Below, in pieces: positions 61,798 through 64,000 of a stretch of 64,000 bases of DNA. A program made the translations under genes and the position numbers. The stretch is taken from positions 320,001 through 384,000 of the forward strand of contig CAWJQQ010000001.1 in the NCBI GenBank assembly GCA_963845065.1. The letters run 5' to 3'. Position 1 is the stretch's first letter. Each line of letters begins with the position of its first letter. This stretch comes from Nitrospirota bacterium (GTDB lineage Bacteria; Nitrospirota; UBA9217). The notes under the pieces were generated by a model, which made no database searches, was not told the DNA's origin, and saw only the letters and a program-made list of their open reading frames with translations.

Positions 61798-64000
61798 ATG
61801 AAACGGTTATTGAATTTATTGATTCTAATTCTTTTCGTGTCAATCTTACTGGTAGCTTGCAGTGGTGGGGGCGACGGTACAAACCCACTTCCCACACAGA
61901 CATACACCGTGACCTATAACGGCAACGGTAGCACAGGCGGCAGCGTCCCGACTGATCATAATACTTACTCTCAGGGGGCTACCGTCACGGTGCTCGGGAA
62001 TACCAGCAACCTCATAAATATCGGGTATTCCTTCTTGGGCTGGAACACGCAGTCTAACGGATCCGGAACGACTTATACGCAGGGGCAGACCTTCGCTATG
62101 GGTACGGCCAATGTTACCCTGTATGCATTGTGGACTTCAACCTCAAGCTCCGAGTACACCATTACTTACAACGGCAACGGTAATACCGGAGGCAGCGTCC
62201 CGACTGATCCTAACACTTATACTCAGGGGGCTACCGTCACAGTGCTCGGAAATACAGGGCATCTTGAGAAAACCGGATATAACTTTACGGGCTGGAATAC
62301 ACAGGCCGATGGATCAGGAACGACCTATACGCAGCCGCAGACCTTCGCGATGAGTGCGGCAAATGTCACCCTGTATGCGCAGTGGACCACAAGCCCCACG
62401 TACACCGTAACCTATAGCGGCAACGGTAATACCGGTGGCAACGTACCGATTGACACGGACAACTACGTTCAGGGGCAAACGGTAACAGTGTTCGGCAATA
62501 CCGGCAACCTCGTAAATACCGGGTATTCCTTCTCAAACTGGAACATGCTATCTAACGGAACCGGAACGACCTATACGCAGGGGCAGACCTTCGCGATGGG
62601 TGCGGCAAATATCACCCTGTACGCGCAGTGGACAGCAATACGTGATCTTTATGTAACCAATTTTGATAACTTTACGGTTTCCGTATTTGATTCATCCTTG
62701 AGCGGGAGTGTGAATGCATTGAGACAATTCGGCAACATTACAGGTTTGTCCAGTCCATCGGGCATTGCTGTGGACACGGTAAATAATCAGATCTTTGTGG
62801 CTAACTACGGGAACAACTCAATCACTGTATATGGGATTACAGACAGCGGGAATGTCACACCGGTAAGTACCATCTCCGGCGCAAGCACTGGCTTAGGTAT
62901 CCCATTGGGTATTGCCGTGGACACGGTAAATAACCAGATCTTTGTGGCAAACCAGGAAGAATCAATCACGGTATATAGCACTTCAGCCACTGGGAATGCC
63001 ACACCGGTAAGTACCATCTCCGGCGCAAGTACTGGATTGAACGCTCCATCAAGCATAGCCGTCGACACGGTAAATAGCCAGATCTTTGTGACTAATGTGC
63101 AGAACAACTCAATCACGGTATATGGGATTGCAGCCACCGGTAATGTCACACCAGTAAGTACCATTACCGGAACAAGTACTGGCTTGGACGAACCATACGG
63201 TATTGCTGTGGACACGGTAAATAACGAAATCTTTGTGGCCAACGCCGGGAACAACTCAATCACGGTATATGGGAGGACAGCCACCGGAAATGTCACACCG
63301 GTAAGTACCATCTCCGGAACAAGCACTGGCTTGGACTTACCACGTGGCATTGCTGTGGACACGGTAAATAACCGGATCTTTGTTGCTAACGAATTTCCCT
63401 CAATTACGGTATACGGGATTACAGCCACCGGGAATGTCGCACCGGTAAGTACTATCTCCGGAGCAAGCACTGGCTTGAACCAAACATGGGGTATTGCCCT
63501 GGACACGGTAAATAACCAGATCTTTGCGGCCAACTGGGGGAACCACTCAATCACGGCATATGGGATTACAGCCAGCGGAAATGTCACCCCGGTAAGTAGC
63601 GTCTCCGACGCAAGCACAGGCGTGGTCGGCCCATCCGGCATAGCCGTGGACACGGTAAATAATCAGATATTTGTGGCTAACAATGGGAATAACTCAGTCA
63701 CAGTATATGGCTCGACAGCCACCGGGAATGTCACACCGATAAGTACCATCTCCGGCACAAGCACTGGCTTGTTATATCCATCAGCCATTGCCGTGGACAA
63801 GGTAAATAACCAGATCTTTGTGGCCAACTATGAGAACTCAATCACGGTATATGGGATTACAGCCACCGGAAATGCAACACCGGTAAGTACCATCTCCGGC
63901 GCAAGTACTGGCTTAAACCACCCATGGGGCATTGCCGTGGACACGGTAAATAACCAGATCTTTGTGGCTAACAACGGGAACAACTCAATCACAGTATATG
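61798..64000 (+). CDS. Surface lipoprotein with 3 InlB B-repeats (Flg_new) and at least 9 NHL-like repeats; runs off the window end
   Basis: Absent from the ORF track (no stop); RBS ggagg, MKRLLNLL...LVAC; open frame to 64000. Confidence 0.9.
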   Translation, partial: MKRLLNLLILILFVSILLVACSGGGDGTNPLPTQTYTVTYNGNGSTGGSVPTDHNTYSQGATVTVLGNTSNLINIGYSFLGWNTQSNGSGTTYTQGQTFAMGTANVTLYALWTSTSSSEYTITYNGNGNTGGSVPTDPNTYTQGATVTVLGNTGHLEKTGYNFTGWNTQADGSGTTYTQPQTFAMSAANVTLYAQWTTSPTYTVTYSGNGNTGGNVPIDTDNYVQGQTVTVFGNTGNLVNTGYSFSNWNMLSNGTGTTYTQGQTFAMGAANITLYAQWTAIRDLYVTNFDNFTVSVFDSSLSGSVNALRQFGNITGLSSPSGIAVDTVNNQIFVANYGNNSITVYGITDSGNVTPVSTISGASTGLGIPLGIAVDTVNNQIFVANQEESITVYSTSATGNATPVSTISGASTGLNAPSSIAVDTVNSQIFVTNVQNNSITVYGIAATGNVTPVSTITGTSTGLDEPYGIAVDTVNNEIFVANAGNNSITVYGRTATGNVTPVSTISGTSTGLDLPRGIAVDTVNNRIFVANEFPSITVYGITATGNVAPVSTISGASTGLNQTWGIALDTVNNQIFAANWGNHSITAYGITASGNVTPVSSVSDASTGVVGPSGIAVDTVNNQIFVANNGNNSVTVYGSTATGNVTPISTISGTSTGLLYPSAIAVDKVNNQIFVANYENSITVYGITATGNATPVSTISGASTGLNHPWGIAVDTVNNQIFVANNGNNSITVY
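61903..62635 (+). repeat. Three InlB B-type repeats of ~250 bp
   Basis: YT(V/I)TY.GNG.TGG.VP...GY.F..WN...TLYA.W starting at 61903, 62155, 62401. Confidence 0.85.
62743..64000 (+). repeat. Tandem 144-147-bp coding repeats (NHL beta-propeller blades)
   Basis: Nine copies of a gacacggtaaat-like core between ~62770 and ~63950. Confidence 0.92.

Noticed and set aside
62805..63653. 282-aa minus-strand ORF
   Set aside because: Antisense shadow of the plus-strand NHL-repeat gene
62743..64000. Regular ~147-bp repeats as a CRISPR array
   Set aside because: In-frame coding repeats with no unique spacers and no cas genes

Overview
Accessory-rich window from a diderm bacterium. Gene content looks like Desulfobacterota/Nitrospirota-type anaerobes; this is inference only. 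1-34 kb is a mosaic of mobile DNA and decay: two near-identical IS256 copies (one splits serA, with an 8-bp TSD), an IS3 element inside an SRPBCC pseudogene, and an intact tnpB-only IS200/IS605 element with IS608-like ends (predicted TAM TTAC). It also holds two tRNA-Met 3' half scars 31 kb apart, an MFS/glucose dehydrogenase/GH15 operon, fadE, and a toxin-antitoxin cluster around a solo GHKL ATPase. In that cluster a ~1-kb transposase-free, IR-bounded cassette carrying a Phd-PIN TA pair has inserted into a higB toxin gene. 34.4-58.9 kb is a visibly GC-richer block encoding a receiver-AraC regulator and a 4.5-kaa surface protein (14 DUF11/isopeptide-type repeats, 3 OmpA-C domains, C-terminal beta-barrel). 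These are followed by a tightly coupled operon resembling the myxobacterial Agl-Glt core (three TPR proteins, GltF-like, ExbB/2xExbD motor, GltG-like TonB-C protein); this block is the best candidate for an uncharacterised system. The window ends in pal, a DUF3617 gene and a partial lipoprotein with InlB B-repeats and NHL repeats whose variation is confined to two spots per repeat. All family calls come from motif recognition by eye; no database searches were run.
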